Source: Neodothiora populina (taxonomy: Eukaryota). Taken from it: a stretch of 64,000 nucleotides of DNA. Both the position numbers and the translations under genes were made by a program. The notes below the pieces were generated by a model that was not told where the DNA came from, ran no database searches, and saw only the letters and a program-made list of their open reading frames with translations. Shown here piece after piece: positions 12,525-24,799 of the stretch; the first letter of the stretch is position 1, and each line of letters starts with the position of its first letter. The stretch covers positions 186,001-250,000 of the forward strand of contig NW_027191413.1 in NCBI RefSeq assembly GCF_041146345.1, given 5' to 3'.

Positions 12525-14267
12525 CTAGCCCTGGAAGAGTAGACCAGCGGCATACTCGACATTGCCTCCAGTAGCGTCAAGCGCAGAGATGGCCTCCTGT
12601 CTGGAAAATCCTAACCCCTGCAACTGATCGATTTTCTCTGCCGGATGCGATGCACTTGATTGCGAAGGTGCTGCTGTTCCTGAGGGTTGAGCAGCAGCCG
12701 GTGTGGATTGTACGGTGGGCTGAGGAACTGCACTGCTGCTAGCCGAGCCTCCCAGAGTCTGTCCGGAGCCCTTGAAGTTGCCACTACTCGGGTCAGTAGA
12801 TCCTGCGGATTTGACGGTACCGCTCTGTGCGCCGATCTCGGTGCCGTCGGGACCCTTGATGACAGGTTCATTGTCCTCGGACCACTTGGGGATTTCGTTC
12901 TCTGGAAGAAAATCGACTTCGTTGTTCTCGAAGACAAGCTTATTGCGGCGAAGATCAATGGTGGCCTGGTAGCGCTTGAGCATGTCCAAACCTAGGAGGA
13001 GGTCGACATCCTTGCCTTCCATGACGGTGAAGGAACACGGCATGACCGAATTGCCAATGGAGATATCAGCAGAGTGCACGCGACCGAGAATCTTGGCGGT
13101 TCCGACACCACGAGCCACGCCGGAGTAGCGCTTGTCTATGAGCCGCATGATACCACATGCCTCTGCGCAGGAAGGAGACATGATGGTCGTTTGAGCACCC
13201 GAGTCGACAAAGGCTTTGACGTTGCGTCCGTTGACTTTGGTGTTGATGTAGAGCATGTGCACATGACCGAACACTAATTGCGGAGTCAGCATTTCCTTCT
13301 GTTGCGGTACATGATGTTAGAGTTATGGGAGGTCAAGAGAGCAACGTATATATCCTCGAATGGAAAAAGGAGAAGGGGGGCTAACGAACCTTCCGGATTA
13401 TGCTCATATGCATATTCGAGGTTCTCCATGACGCGGTCTTGTCTGATCATCTCTTCAATCTTGGCTTGAGCCTCGACATTGAATGGATCCTCATTCAGCA
13501 GCTGCATCTGCTCTCGCCTCTCGCGTTCTCTTGTGTTCTCCTCTTGCTGCATGCTGAGGTAGAGTTCTCTGAATCTGACGGGGTCTTGAATGGCGGTGGC
13601 CATTTGAGGATGCTGTTGGCTGACCTGTTGGACAGCAGCATCGCTACCGAGTATGCGTAGGCGCACAGTCTCGATCTGCTCGTCGGTGATGCCGCTAGGG
13701 CGATTTGAGGACTGTTGCCTCACACCCCGTGACTGGGAATGAGGATTCTGCTGAGGGGCTCCTGAAGGTGGCATATCTTCGCGGACTAGCATAGCCAGCA
13801 ATTCACCATCCCTGACTCCAACTGCTTCTAATGTCTGAGTGTCGGTCAGGAGCGGCTGACCGTTGAGGTAGAACTGAAGCTGGGAGATCTCGAAGCCAGT
13901 GCCGGAATTGATCGTCGTCTTGAGGTCCTTGATTGTGGCAGAGGGCGGTAGCTCTATCGGAAGAAGGTCCTGGTCCAAGGCATGGTTCGGAGCGTTTATT
14001 TGTATGGTGAAGGAGACCCTACATATGACAAAGAAGGAGGATTAGTATTCGTCCATCATCCAATCCATCTAGAGACCGTTGTGCCGCCATCAGTGCATGG
14101 TCGCAGTCGCGGTCGCATTCGCATTTGCATTTGCATTCGCTCGTCCATTTGGATTGAATTGCATCCGACTCTGACAGAAGACCGTTGCACTGCAACCATA
14201 CGCAACCGTCGACCGAGGTAGAAGTCACCCAGCCACGGATATTGGAAATAGGACGTGTTACTCACAT
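12525..14267 (-). CDS. DDI1: DNA damage-inducible protein 1 (UBL - HDD - retroviral-like aspartyl protease - UBA)
   Basis: FVDSGAQ protease motif, N-terminal UBL and C-terminal UBA (LQGLGFSRQEAISALDATGGNVEYAAGLLF). Introns at about 13278..13388 and at 14019..14265; the latter splits the ATG. Confidence 0.95.
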
Positions 14268-16062
14268 GACTGCTGGGGGCAAGAGCAAGACAAGCAAATG
14301 TGTGCCTTGCGTACTAGGGATTTAGTTTTATGCAGGTCGCTGAAAGAAGATGGGGGGTTTCGGGGAGATTTGCAACAAGTTGACTCGTTGACACGGATGG
14401 GACGATTGAGGGGCAGAGAGTGACACTGGTGCGCCTGGTCTAGATAATTCGTTTGGATTTTTATGTGTCGCGCTCAATCTGTCGAATCAACACGGCAACA
14501 TGACCTGGGGATTAAAAACTATCGAGAAATGGTTGGCGGACGAGGATTCGAGTGGCGGAAAGGGAGAATGATGAGTTAAGCAGGCAGCAGACAGCAGGCA
14601 GCAGAAGATGATGGAAGCGGGCAGCGCAGCGCGGATGCGGGTGTCGGTGGCTGTTGCTTTGAGAAGCTTATGTTCTGTAGGTGTGGACGAAGACGAATTG
14701 GAATATGCCAGTGGAACGAGAATCCATATACTGTTGGTAATTACTGTACGATGTGATAGAATTGACACGGACAAATCAAACCTCAAACATGGCTCGCTGA
14801 CCAAACAGCAGCAAGAGCGGCGGCTACCTTAAGGTGACGGAGAAGACATTGGACGAAGAACAACGCCGACCTCTGACTTCACCCTTTGACTGTACAGGTA
14901 CAACACCTTTGATGTTCCACGTGCGTGCGCTATACTTCAAGCTACAGTACCTAGCATCTTCTTCACGGAGCTGTCTGACGCCTTGGCCTATGCAGCTCAA
15001 ACACCTGACATGTCTTGTGGAGCAGTGCAGTGGAAGGATTGACTACCAGGACAGGAGAAAAGAAGAAAGAGAGAGGGAAACGGAGAAGCGGTCTGTAGAA
15101 GCATGACTACCTGACGTTTCCCACAGCACTTGACATGCAGCATGGGGTTACGGAGACTGCTTGGCTCGTACAAGTACAGTGAAAGCTGATCTAAAGGCCG
15201 CAACGACCTCGTGTGTCTGATGTGTGTAAGGTAGAGTACCTTATGTAAGGTAAGGTAAGTGTAAGGAATGCAGTCATCCCGCCGTGCAGCTGCACAGCTG
15301 GTGCTACTGCACCTCAGGTTCGAGTCCCCGGCTAATCTCCATGTGATTGACAGCGTTTACTCAGTAATGCATGAGATCGATCTGAGGCTAAGCAAGTCAC
15401 TGTGTTGTTGCTTCGCATATGTGTCTGAGTGCATTCGTACTTTCAAGGTCCCTGTCACCCAGCTTTGTCTCTTCTCCTCACCTACGAGTCACTCATGCTT
15501 GACAGCTTGTCGTATCGAGGTTTGATGCACAGGTCGTATTATTGCATTCATCGAGTGATAGCCCGAGCAAGATGAAACACGACGATTCTGGGCCCAACCC
15601 CGCCAGCGACTTCTGATTGTGCCCCGTGCGCGCGTACCTACCCACATAGTATCATGGCCGCCATACGTCATTCGTGTCGCAGCAGTTGCAGCGTGGACCG
15701 ACGTACAACTTAGGCAGGAAGGCACGCAGGCAGGGCAGGTACGCAGATAGCATTTCGCCTTCACCTGTGCGTATACGTGTGTTGCAGCCTGAGTAACTCG
15801 AACCAACCCCTCTGAACCATTCTTTATCCCTGCAAAACCATTGAGCAGCAGCAGCAGCAGCAGTCCTCTCTGCTAAGCAATTGATCTCTTTCCCTGGTGC
15901 AAGTGTGCGGGGATCCACCTACTACTGTACAGCCACTACCAAGGCCTGTCTGCATCGAACAGGTCCCCCTCCCATCTCTCCTTCCCCTGGTTGACCCGTC
16001 TGAAGGTTGAAGCCGCACATCTCCCCCTCTCCTCGGCCGCTTTTTGTGGCTACACAGTGACG

Positions 16063-17178
16063 ATGCCGCGTGACCTCGCTGCCGAAAGAGATCGTGTTCT
16101 CAACGACCTGCCAATGCTTGAGAAGAGTGAGAAGGTCCCTGTTCTTGCTTCTTCAAAAGTCGACAGCTCAGATCCAGACTCTCGTCCAGTCCAGAGACGA
16201 CCCTCGAAAGATAAGATTGAACGGGACATGGACAAACAAGACGCGTGGGCCGAGATCAAACCTTATACCAAATCCCTTACTCCCTCAGATGTTGACAGCT
16301 CGGTGAAGTTGGAAGATGCCGCATTTCCACCCCACGAGAGGGCGAGCAGAGAAAAGGTTAGCCGCCCCTCGTGATGAAACACACGCTGCGCAGCTTGATC
16401 GCCCTGTAGACAGGATAAGCCTGTCCATGTATTGATCTATCGAGGCCCGATCATGTATCTCCATGCCCACATCCCTGCGCCTTGCACTCCCACTTTCCGG
16501 CACAATGTCTGTGTAGTCACTAATCAGTAGTCACTAATTGACCGCTCGAGCAGTTTCTATATCGTTACACCCGATGCGGCGAGATCTGTCTCGGTCTGTT
16601 CACTTCGGCCCGTACAGACTCTGATGAGCTAGATAGCAGCCTGCCCACTGCATCGGTAGCACAGACTGTGAGCTCCGACGAACCTGAGCGCAAGTCGATA
16701 CTGCTAGCCCATTGTGTTGCGACCAAGACTGCTAATCCCGCCATCCGGGACGATGACATGGAGATCCCACCCAATTGGCAACAATCCTCCAAGTTCAGCA
16801 CCGTGGGTCACAACGACGCCGGCCGCACAGTCTGCATTCACAGCTTGGCCGTCCTGCCGGCCTATCACGGTAAAGGCTTGGGGTCCACCTTGTTGAAGGC
16901 ATACATCCAGCGAATAGAGCAGAGCGGCATAGCTGACCGCATAGCCTTACTTGCTCACGGCAGTCTAGTAAGGTTCTACGAGATTTTTGGATTCGTGAGT
17001 CAGGGCCCGAGTCAGGCACAGTTCGGCGGTGGCGGTTGGTTTGACATGGTCAGTCGAGATGCTCAAGAGCCATTACATGCATATGCAACGCACACATGCA
17101 GAAAAACTAAAACACTGCGGCCTCGTGGCTGACTTTTGCGTATCATAGGTGCTCGAGCTCAACAGCAAGCCTTACTGA
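16063..17178 (+). CDS. GNAT N-acetyltransferase, Paa1/AANAT-like (polyamine/arylalkylamine acetyltransferase); three exons
   Basis: LEDAAFPPHERASREK|FLYRYTRCGEICLGLF...IHSLAVLPAYHGKGLGSTLLKAY...FGGGGWFDM|VLELNSKPY*. The acetyl-CoA-binding motif A is present. Confidence 0.88.
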
Positions 17179-18115
17179 TTCATTTTGGGAGGGCTATTCT
17201 AACGCCTTCATGCACAGATTCCATCGAAGAGCAAGCATATCGCCCAACCCCTGGCGCCGAGACTAGGCCCGTCAGCGACAGCAACAGCGTCACCTCTCCT
17301 GGCGGTCATATACATCCACCGAAGCGTAGCGATCAATCATAGCCATTGCCCCTCCAGTGGGTCCTTTTGGTCATTGGGCATCAATTCTTTTTCCAATGAA
17401 AACCACTCCCTGATCCCGTTTCACGTTCGCACCAGGTGAAGTAGAATGTGCATGACAACAGTTTCCTCCGTCTCGTCCTGCCCATTCTGTCTTTGCACGC
17501 TCCTCATCTCCAACCCAATTTTGCTACTTCATGTCTGTATTTGTGTTTTCGAAGGTCTGACAGCACGTCGTGTGCCATATGGAATGTGTGTAAAATCAAG
17601 TGTATCCGAGTAGATCCTTCTAGAAATCCTGTCTCGAATTTGCAGATCTATCAGAAGGAAGGAGCTTCAACAAGGGCAAGTGCCGATCAAGAATGTCTTT
17701 GTTCGCAATACATACATACATGTACCATATCATATCCATCGCTGCCCTTCATTACCCAGCCCGCCCCCAGTAACCAAAGAAGCCAACAAATCAGTCAGGC
17801 TCAAATCATACCTCGCTGACACTTATCCCTGGTGACGCGAAGAAAAGGGACTAGCACGTGCTCGAGAAACAAGGCGCTCGAAACTTTGAGTATTTAACGT
17901 ATTCCCGCGGTAGTTCCGTTCCGCCCCCCGATAACAAAGAACATTAGACTCCAATTTTTGACCACGAACGAAACAGTGAAGTGGTACCCCACCCCCTAGC
18001 CACGAAAGAAATCATACAACGACATTTCACTCGAAAATCCTCTGTCTCCAGACCAAACCCAATCATAAGAAAGAACAAGAAGAAGAAGACCACAAGAGCC
18101 ACAGAGCAAAATCCA

Positions 18116-20691
18116 CTACAACCCATTCCAAAACCCAAAAATGGAAGGCTCCTGCTCCATGAACAGATACGCGTCATCGGGAAACGAGATCTGTGCATCG
18201 TCGAAGATACTGCTCGGGGGCTGGAAAGTGTCTGGGAAGGAAGTCGCGCCGGCGACGACGCCATTTGCGTAGGCGAGTAGGTCGGACATGCTGCTTGTGT
18301 TGCTGTCGTTTTGCTGTTGTTGTTGGATGTGGAGGGAGGAGAGGGGTTGTTGGGCTCCTGCTGTTGCTGCAGCGTAGGTTGAGCTAGCCGATTGGTTGGC
18401 GATGCCGAATCCTCCTGCTGCTGCTGTTGTGGCTGGAGTTGCGCTGGGTGTCATCGGTTGGTCGTATGTCGGTTCTGTTATCGTCGCTATTGATGTTGAG
18501 CCTTCACTGGTTGCTGGAGTGGGTTGGCCTGATAGTGGAGTCGGGTGTGCTGCTGTCTGCGACAGTGGCGCTGCATTAACAGCCGTAGAAGTCGACATGG
18601 ACGACATCGTCGCGGCCGCTGCGTTTCTGTTGTCGTGATCTAGCAGCTCTAGTGGTCGGCGACTTGCTTCATCGTGGCGAGGCTCGACTAGCAATCGGTG
18701 TTGCGCTTGTAGCTTAATCTCCCTTCGGCGAATGTAAAGATTCGCCGCGTCGTAGAGATATGTGATGATCTGCTCGTAGCGACTCGCGTGCGGGTCGTGG
18801 GGAGCGAAATGGCGGAGAACTTTCAAGGCCTGCTCGAGACCCTCGATTATGTCCGGGTTTCGGTCTTGGTCCGCGAACACCGCTGATCCGAGTACGAGCG
18901 CTATATTACACACCGCATTGATGAGGAGAGGAAGTCGTTTCGGCAAAGTGCGATAGTTCAGTAGACTCGCAACGACGTCGAGTCCTCGGAATGATGCATC
19001 CACGCAGGCATCGGCGAACGCTTTGATAGATGCGTCTTCTGCGCTGTTCACTGCAGGTGTGGATTTCCCACTTTTCTTCCTGGACATGTCTTGGAGTATT
19101 TGAGAGGTCAGGAAGGGCCTCGTCAGTAGTATGATGGCCCAGTAGTATGACGATAGGACATGTGACGCCGCCAGAATTTCCGCAAGTCTTTCTTCGTCAT
19201 AAGCCGGAAAAGACTGTAACTCCAGCGAAGAAGGTAGATTCTGTGTCCATACTTCCAGCTGCCGCGATATCGACTCGGCCAGCCGAGTAGATACAGCTTT
19301 CTTGATATATACCTCTATCACAATACGGTCGTATATAGCTGATAGTGCAAGCACCTTTTCTGAAAACGTACTGATGCCATCTGCACCCAGTGCCTCAATT
19401 TCGACAGGCAGCATTGTTTCTGCAGTGGCAGGAGGTCGACCGAGTGATGCTGCAAAGAAAACGTCAAGCATGCGAACACTTCGCCACGTTACTCGTCTGT
19501 CGTGGGATTCTTTCGCATCGAACAGATTATGCGTGCTAGGTATTTGCATGCCGAGTGCGAACGTCGCTCGGATGGCAATACCAAAGTTCATAAAGGCTCC
19601 GTTCCGTCGACATGCACCAAGCATGTATATCGTGATTAGGGTATATGCCTGGACCGTCATGAGACTGGGAGCTTCAGTAAAATTGTAAAAGGCCATCTGC
19701 CTCCCCCTCGAGAAGTACTGTTCGGGAACTTGTTGTTGGCAGTTGCTGGTTGATACCTGAGCACCAATTGCCATGACGAGGTAGAAGACACAACTTCTCT
19801 GATCCATGTCTCGCCTCGGGTCGTTGACCCAGCTCTCGAGATCCGGCCAGAAAGTCGACAAGTCGAACATGTCTAATAGTCCGGCGGTGGCTAGCAGGTA
19901 TTGCTTAGCAAGATATACTACCTCTGAGTACACCAATGGAAGATGAGAATTGCTCGGCACCATGGGACATGATGGTGCTGTCTCAAGAATCGAGTGCCGT
20001 TTCGGATCCGTGGTGAAGTCGCAATCGCCCACTGCTAATGCGGCGATCCTTCGCACGCTCTGAAGAAAGGAAAGACTTGCAGAATCTCCTATATACATAT
20101 ATTTGCCATCGGGGTCTCGTAGCAATCTAGCGTAACCTGGGACTTCTCCGCCCGTCTCTGCAGACAAGGACCGCTGTGCTTGCACGGCGCTGTTGAAACT
20201 CGGGTCAGCTCTGCCGCAATTCATAACAGATTGACGAATGAAATTATTGGGCCGATGACTTTTCTGCTATTCTTCTGATCATTGTCTCCTGTGGCTAAAA
20301 TTCTTGCGACTTACAGCGATGGACCCAGGCTCCCCTGATTTGTCGTTGGCTCATTAAGCAGTCTGTTGATAGCTATTCCGGAGTCACCGCGGACACTACT
20401 ACCGTTGCCACTCGACTTCTTTCCATCGTCGCTCCTGCCAGCGCCAACACTCCCGGCGGTACTGTCATTCTCATAGCGATCGCCGGGTTTCGGCGGCGTC
20501 GATGCTAACCCATTGCTCGGCCGCAACAGCTTGGCAGGCGTGTCTGAAAAGTAGCATTCGTGCTGTTTCTTGCGCCGCGTGCAGATACTGCACGGGTGCA
20601 CGCCATTACACCGTTCCTTGCGGCGTTTGCAGCTGTCGCAGGCGCGGGCTACTCGTCTTCTTTTCTCCGGCGGCACAGCTGGTCGAGGCAT
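18116..20691 (-). CDS. Zn(II)2Cys6 transcription factor with fungal-specific TF domain; two exons
   Basis: ACDSCKRRKERCNGVHPCSICTRRKKQHECYF binuclear cluster, YIGDSASLSFL linker motif, middle homology region, and an acidic/aromatic C-terminal activation tail. Confidence 0.95.
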
Positions 20692-21224
20692 TTGGTATGG
20701 AAATGGATGGAATGTGCTACTCGCACCGCCGCCAGCTTGCTGCTGCTGCGGGGAAGCGATGACGGGGGAGGAGACACCTTTCGCAGCAACCGGAGCGGAA
20801 AGATTCCTCCCACTTATTGCTGAGCGTCGTGGGCACGTCGCACTTTGATGATGATGACTGAGTAGAGAGACAGGTCTAGATGCTGGCGCGCTACCTCATC
20901 AGCGCAATTATATTATCTCTGGGCAAAGTAGATATTGCGATATAGATTCACAAAGTTCGCACAAGTCATCACGACACTTGTTCGGGCCTCGCTATTATGC
21001 ACTACCTTGAGCTTAAACGATAATAATGACGCCAAGCAATATGTGTATAAACGCACAGGCTTTGCCTCGGCTTTATACGGCAGCACATCATCTGTAAATC
21101 CGAGTTGAAAGTAAACAAAAAGTACTGTAAATATGAGGGGTATGCGAGGACGAAGTATTCATGTGAGAGACGCGCTCCGTATATGACAGTCTTTACAATA
21201 TCAACACGCACATATAATTTGCAT

Positions 21225-22300
21225 TTACATGGACTTCAGCACAACGTCGTAGTGCAGCTCATACTGCGCCAACTTGTCGCCTTTCCTCGGGTCGAATGTC
21301 ACTACAAGTGCATCCTTGACAGCGAAAACCGAGTCATCGTCAAGGAACTTGCTGTCCTTGTCAAAAATCTGAGTGATAATCGGCTTGTGCCCTTCACATT
21401 GTGCCTAGTAGAGTTTTAGACGACGTTCGTTTCTTGATTGACGTTCATGTGGTAACTTACGAGGATGTGAATGTGTGCAGGACGGAAAGGCTGGCGATCC
21501 ATCAGGTTAAGCAATTCGCCTGCAGGACCATCGTCTGGAACGGGGTATGGGGTGGGCTTGAGACAGTAAAGGGAGTACTCTCCGTTCGGACCGGTCTTGA
21601 ATCTGCCTCGAAGGTTGCAGTCCTTTTGCTCAGGGTCCTGCTGTTCGTACAAGCCTGGTAGATATGAGTACAAAGTGCAAAACTCTCGGATCCGCCAACA
21701 ACTCACCATTGGTCGAAGCTTGCCAGATATCAATCTCGACGTTTGCGAGGGGCTTTCCGGTTTTGGCACTGGTCACTTTTCCGAACATGTAGGCTGGCAC
21801 GGCATCGTTCGGAGTGTTGTCTGAGATGTTGGTTCCCATCTCACTCAAGGGCACATCATGACGATAGAAAGGACCCAAGATAGCGGATTGAGTGGCAAGA
21901 TCAGTCGCTTCACCAGCAAGCTTGAAGGTGATTTCATCGACCAGTCTGAAGGCTTGTCAGCAATCGCATACGTGCCAAAGAGTTCCGTGGTTACTGACGT
22001 CTCGAGACCAATCACATCACACAGCAGCTGGCTTTCGTTTCTCTTGTCGTCTGACATCTGTCCGCATCTGTTGATCATGTTCACACCCATCATCCATTCG
22101 TCAACTGTGAGATCGCATTCTCTGGCGAAGTCGTGGACATGGCGAATGAGGCTCGTCATGATTGTTCGCAGACGAGGGTTGGTCTTTGGGCCCATCGCAT
22201 TGATGACCTTGTCTGTGAACTCAGGATCATACCGCTCAAGGTTTCCTCCTCGACCAGCACCATTGAGGGTGTCCTCAGGAACTGCAGTGTGCGTGCTCAT
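21225..22300 (-). CDS. Intradiol ring-cleavage dioxygenase, catechol 1,2-dioxygenase-like; four exons
   Basis: N-terminal dimerisation domain ([30 protein letters not shown]), [31 protein letters not shown] and RPAHIH, which supply the Fe(III) ligands Tyr/Tyr/His/His. Confidence 0.93.
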
Positions 22301-23401
22301 CTTGAAAGTGATGCGCTTGTCGTGAAAGCTCTATACAAATATGCTGTGAATTCCCAACGCGAGACCTTCCAACAGCGCAATTGCAAAAGAAGATATAACG
22401 ATACTCGGACTATGTAATTATGAAGAGAGAATGGAAGAAACAAAACAGAGATATATTTCTCTTAAATGGCCCCTCCGCAAGGAAATAAGGTAGCTCCGAA
22501 ATTCAATCCGCATTGCCTGCAGTGAACGGAACTCCACGTACGCGGGGTCAGCCATCCGAAGGCGGGGCTAGAGTCGGAAGATGCACCGGGATTACTCAAG
22601 TCAGACCTGATTGGTTCAAGCGTGTGGGAAATGACCGCTCTCGGAACGACGCGCGCAGGCGAGGGTGTGCTTTGGAACATATGTCACTAACCACCACGTG
22701 CCCCCCATTTGCCGCGCCGCAACAGTGTTCATTATTGTCAGGCTCGGTTGGATAATATGGCGTCTTTCCGTGTATGGGGGTCTGCAATTATTGGTCTTGT
22801 CAATCGTCACTGCTATTCCACAGTGTCCGAATCACGCGATACTTGTATATCAAATCACATGATGGTGGCAGCGGTATGTCGGAGCGGCAATGTTCCAAGC
22901 TGTGGCTCGGTACGCATTGGGGTGACTGATGTAATGACTTTCGGATAACGACCCGCATTGCAATTATCTGTCGTGTAGAGAATATCGATTGTAAAATACT
23001 CTTTTCGCATGATCACTTGAACTAGTTGTGAAAACATTGCACCTGGGAATACGAGGAGAGAAGGCGGGTTGGGGTGAAGAATGTTGATTTCCTATCTCTT
23101 GAATACATAAAAGGTAGATACAGAGAATGAAGTCGGAAATATCAGATTACATGAATTAAAGGAATGTACAATAGCATTTTATGCCTTGTGATGCTTTTTG
23201 GCCTTGCCGACTTGCAGGATGAGGACGGCAAGACATACACGTCAACGTAAACGTCTCGGATGTCGTTTTCCATTCGGTCAGTTGTAGCGGTCCTACATCA
23301 AACCCATACTGAATGTTGGGATCGATAGACCAGATGTTGTAAGACTCATGCCTTTAGACCATAAGAACAACAACGTTGCTTGGGATCGTTTTGCGATCCG
23401 T

Positions 23402-24799
23402 TTAGCAAGAGGTGATGAAAACACCGATGGGGCTGGGGTTCCAGTCCTCGAAGAACTCAAGGTTGAGACCGCCGGTGGAGGAAACCTCGATGGACTCGGT
23501 GGTACCAGCGGCGCAAGCACCAGTGCTGACAACGTAGGAGTTTCCGGGGGTGACGTTGGAGATCTCGTTGAGCTTGGATTGGACCTTGGGAAGAGAGCTG
23601 TAAGAAACATCGAGACCAGCAGGAGAAGAAAGCTGCTCGAAAGTGAGGCCACCAGAGCCGGAGAGAGTGAAAGAAGAAGTCTCGAGCTGGCTCTGCTTAG
23701 GAAAGAGGAAGATGACGGAGCATTGCTTGCCAGAGTAGTCCTGGGGGATGTCAAAGTTGAAGACAGTGCTGTTACCGCCACCGACGTAAGCGTTGTACTG
23801 AGTGCCGTACTTGGTGTTAGGCTGCTGCTTGTTGACGGGGATGATAGCATGAGGAGTCTGGTAGGCACCAGAGAGGGAGGTCTGGCAAGCGGATCCTGAA
23901 GCAGATGATGCAGGAGCAGAGGAAGCAGGAGCGCTAGATGCAGGAGCAGAGGGAGCAGGGGCGCTGGAGGCAGGAGCAGAAGGTGCAGGGGCGCTGGAGG
24001 CAGGAGCAGAAGGTGTAGGTGCACTGGAGGCAGGAGCACTGGAAGCAGGAGCAGACCACGAAGACACAACAGTGCTGGAGGCTGGGCAGTTGGTGACTTC
24101 AGCGCCGCAAGAAGTAATGGTGGCGTAGTGAGTGCTGTAGACAGTGTGGGTTGCTTGGCTCTCAGCAGGGGCTGAGGGTGCTGGGGCAGATGAGGCAGGA
24201 GCAGATGAAGCAGGTGCCGAAGGTGCCGGAGCGGAGGATACAGGAGCAGAGGAGGCAGGAGCAGAAGAGGCGGGGGCAGAAGAGGCGGGGGCAGAAGAGG
24301 CGGGAGCAGATGAGGCAGGAGCAGAGGAGGCGGGAGCAGATGAGCCTCCGCTGGAGCACTTGCCACCAGTGCTCAATGTGATGCTAACACAAGCTTGCTG
24401 GTTCTCCACAGGCTGGGTGTAAATGTTGTAGCCACCGTTGTCACCAGTTGGGCAAGCGTAGAACTTGGAGTTGCCGTTGTAGGTCAAGCCTCCGTTGGAA
24501 ACGGAGAAACCGCCAGTAGGGCTGGCTCCAACGTCACACTGGAACTGTGTAGTGGGAGGAGTAAGAATACATCCGCGGCCGTTGCCGTCGGTGATCTTGC
24601 CGTCACTCAGGCAGTACTGGCCATTCTGCTTGTCAAGGCCACCACTCTGGGCGATACGGTTTTGACCGTCGCCGAGCTGACCGACACTTCCAGAGACACC
24701 ACCAGCAGCGGTGAGGCTGAAGCAGCACTGATCTCTAGGAACAAGAGCGGCGGCGGAGGCGCCGAGGACGAAGCCCAACGGGGTGAAAGCTGTCTTCAT
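23402..24799 (-). CDS. Secreted cell-wall protein with N-terminal Cys-containing domain, Ser/Ala/Pro repeats and C-terminal But2-like domain
   Basis: Signal peptide and DGNGRGCILTPPTTQFQCDVG N-domain. The C-terminal region (PHAIIPV...STVFNFDIP...CSVIFLFP...LEFFEDWNPSPIGVFITSC) is typical of 'ubiquitin 3 binding protein But2 C-terminal domain' proteins. Intronless 465-aa ORF. Confidence 0.85.
   Translation of the reverse strand: MKTAFTPLGFVLGASAAALVPRDQCCFSLTAAGGVSGSVGQLGDGQNRIAQSGGLDKQNGQYCLSDGKITDGNGRGCILTPPTTQFQCDVGASPTGGFSVSNGGLTYNGNSKFYACPTGDNGGYNIYTQPVENQQACVSITLSTGGKCSSGGSSAPASSAPASSAPASSAPASSAPASSAPASSAPVSSAPAPSAPASSAPASSAPAPSAPAESQATHTVYSTHYATITSCGAEVTNCPASSTVVSSWSAPASSAPASSAPTPSAPASSAPAPSAPASSAPAPSAPASSAPASSAPASSASGSACQTSLSGAYQTPHAIIPVNKQQPNTKYGTQYNAYVGGGNSTVFNFDIPQDYSGKQCSVIFLFPKQSQLETSSFTLSGSGGLTFEQLSSPAGLDVSYSSLPKVQSKLNEISNVTPGNSYVVSTGACAAGTTESIEVSSTGGLNLEFFEDWNPSPIGVFITSC
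23900..24345 (-). repeat. Two coding minisatellite blocks (15-nt unit, APASS/APAPS pentapeptide)
   Basis: Units such as gcaggagcagaggag and gcgggggcagaagag at about 24165-24345 and 23900-24055. The blocks are separated by a TITSCGAEVTNCP motif. Confidence 0.9.

Noticed and set aside
23293..24366. 357-aa Leu/Pro-rich ORF overlapping the wall protein
   Set aside because: An alternative-frame product of the 15-nt APASS repeats.
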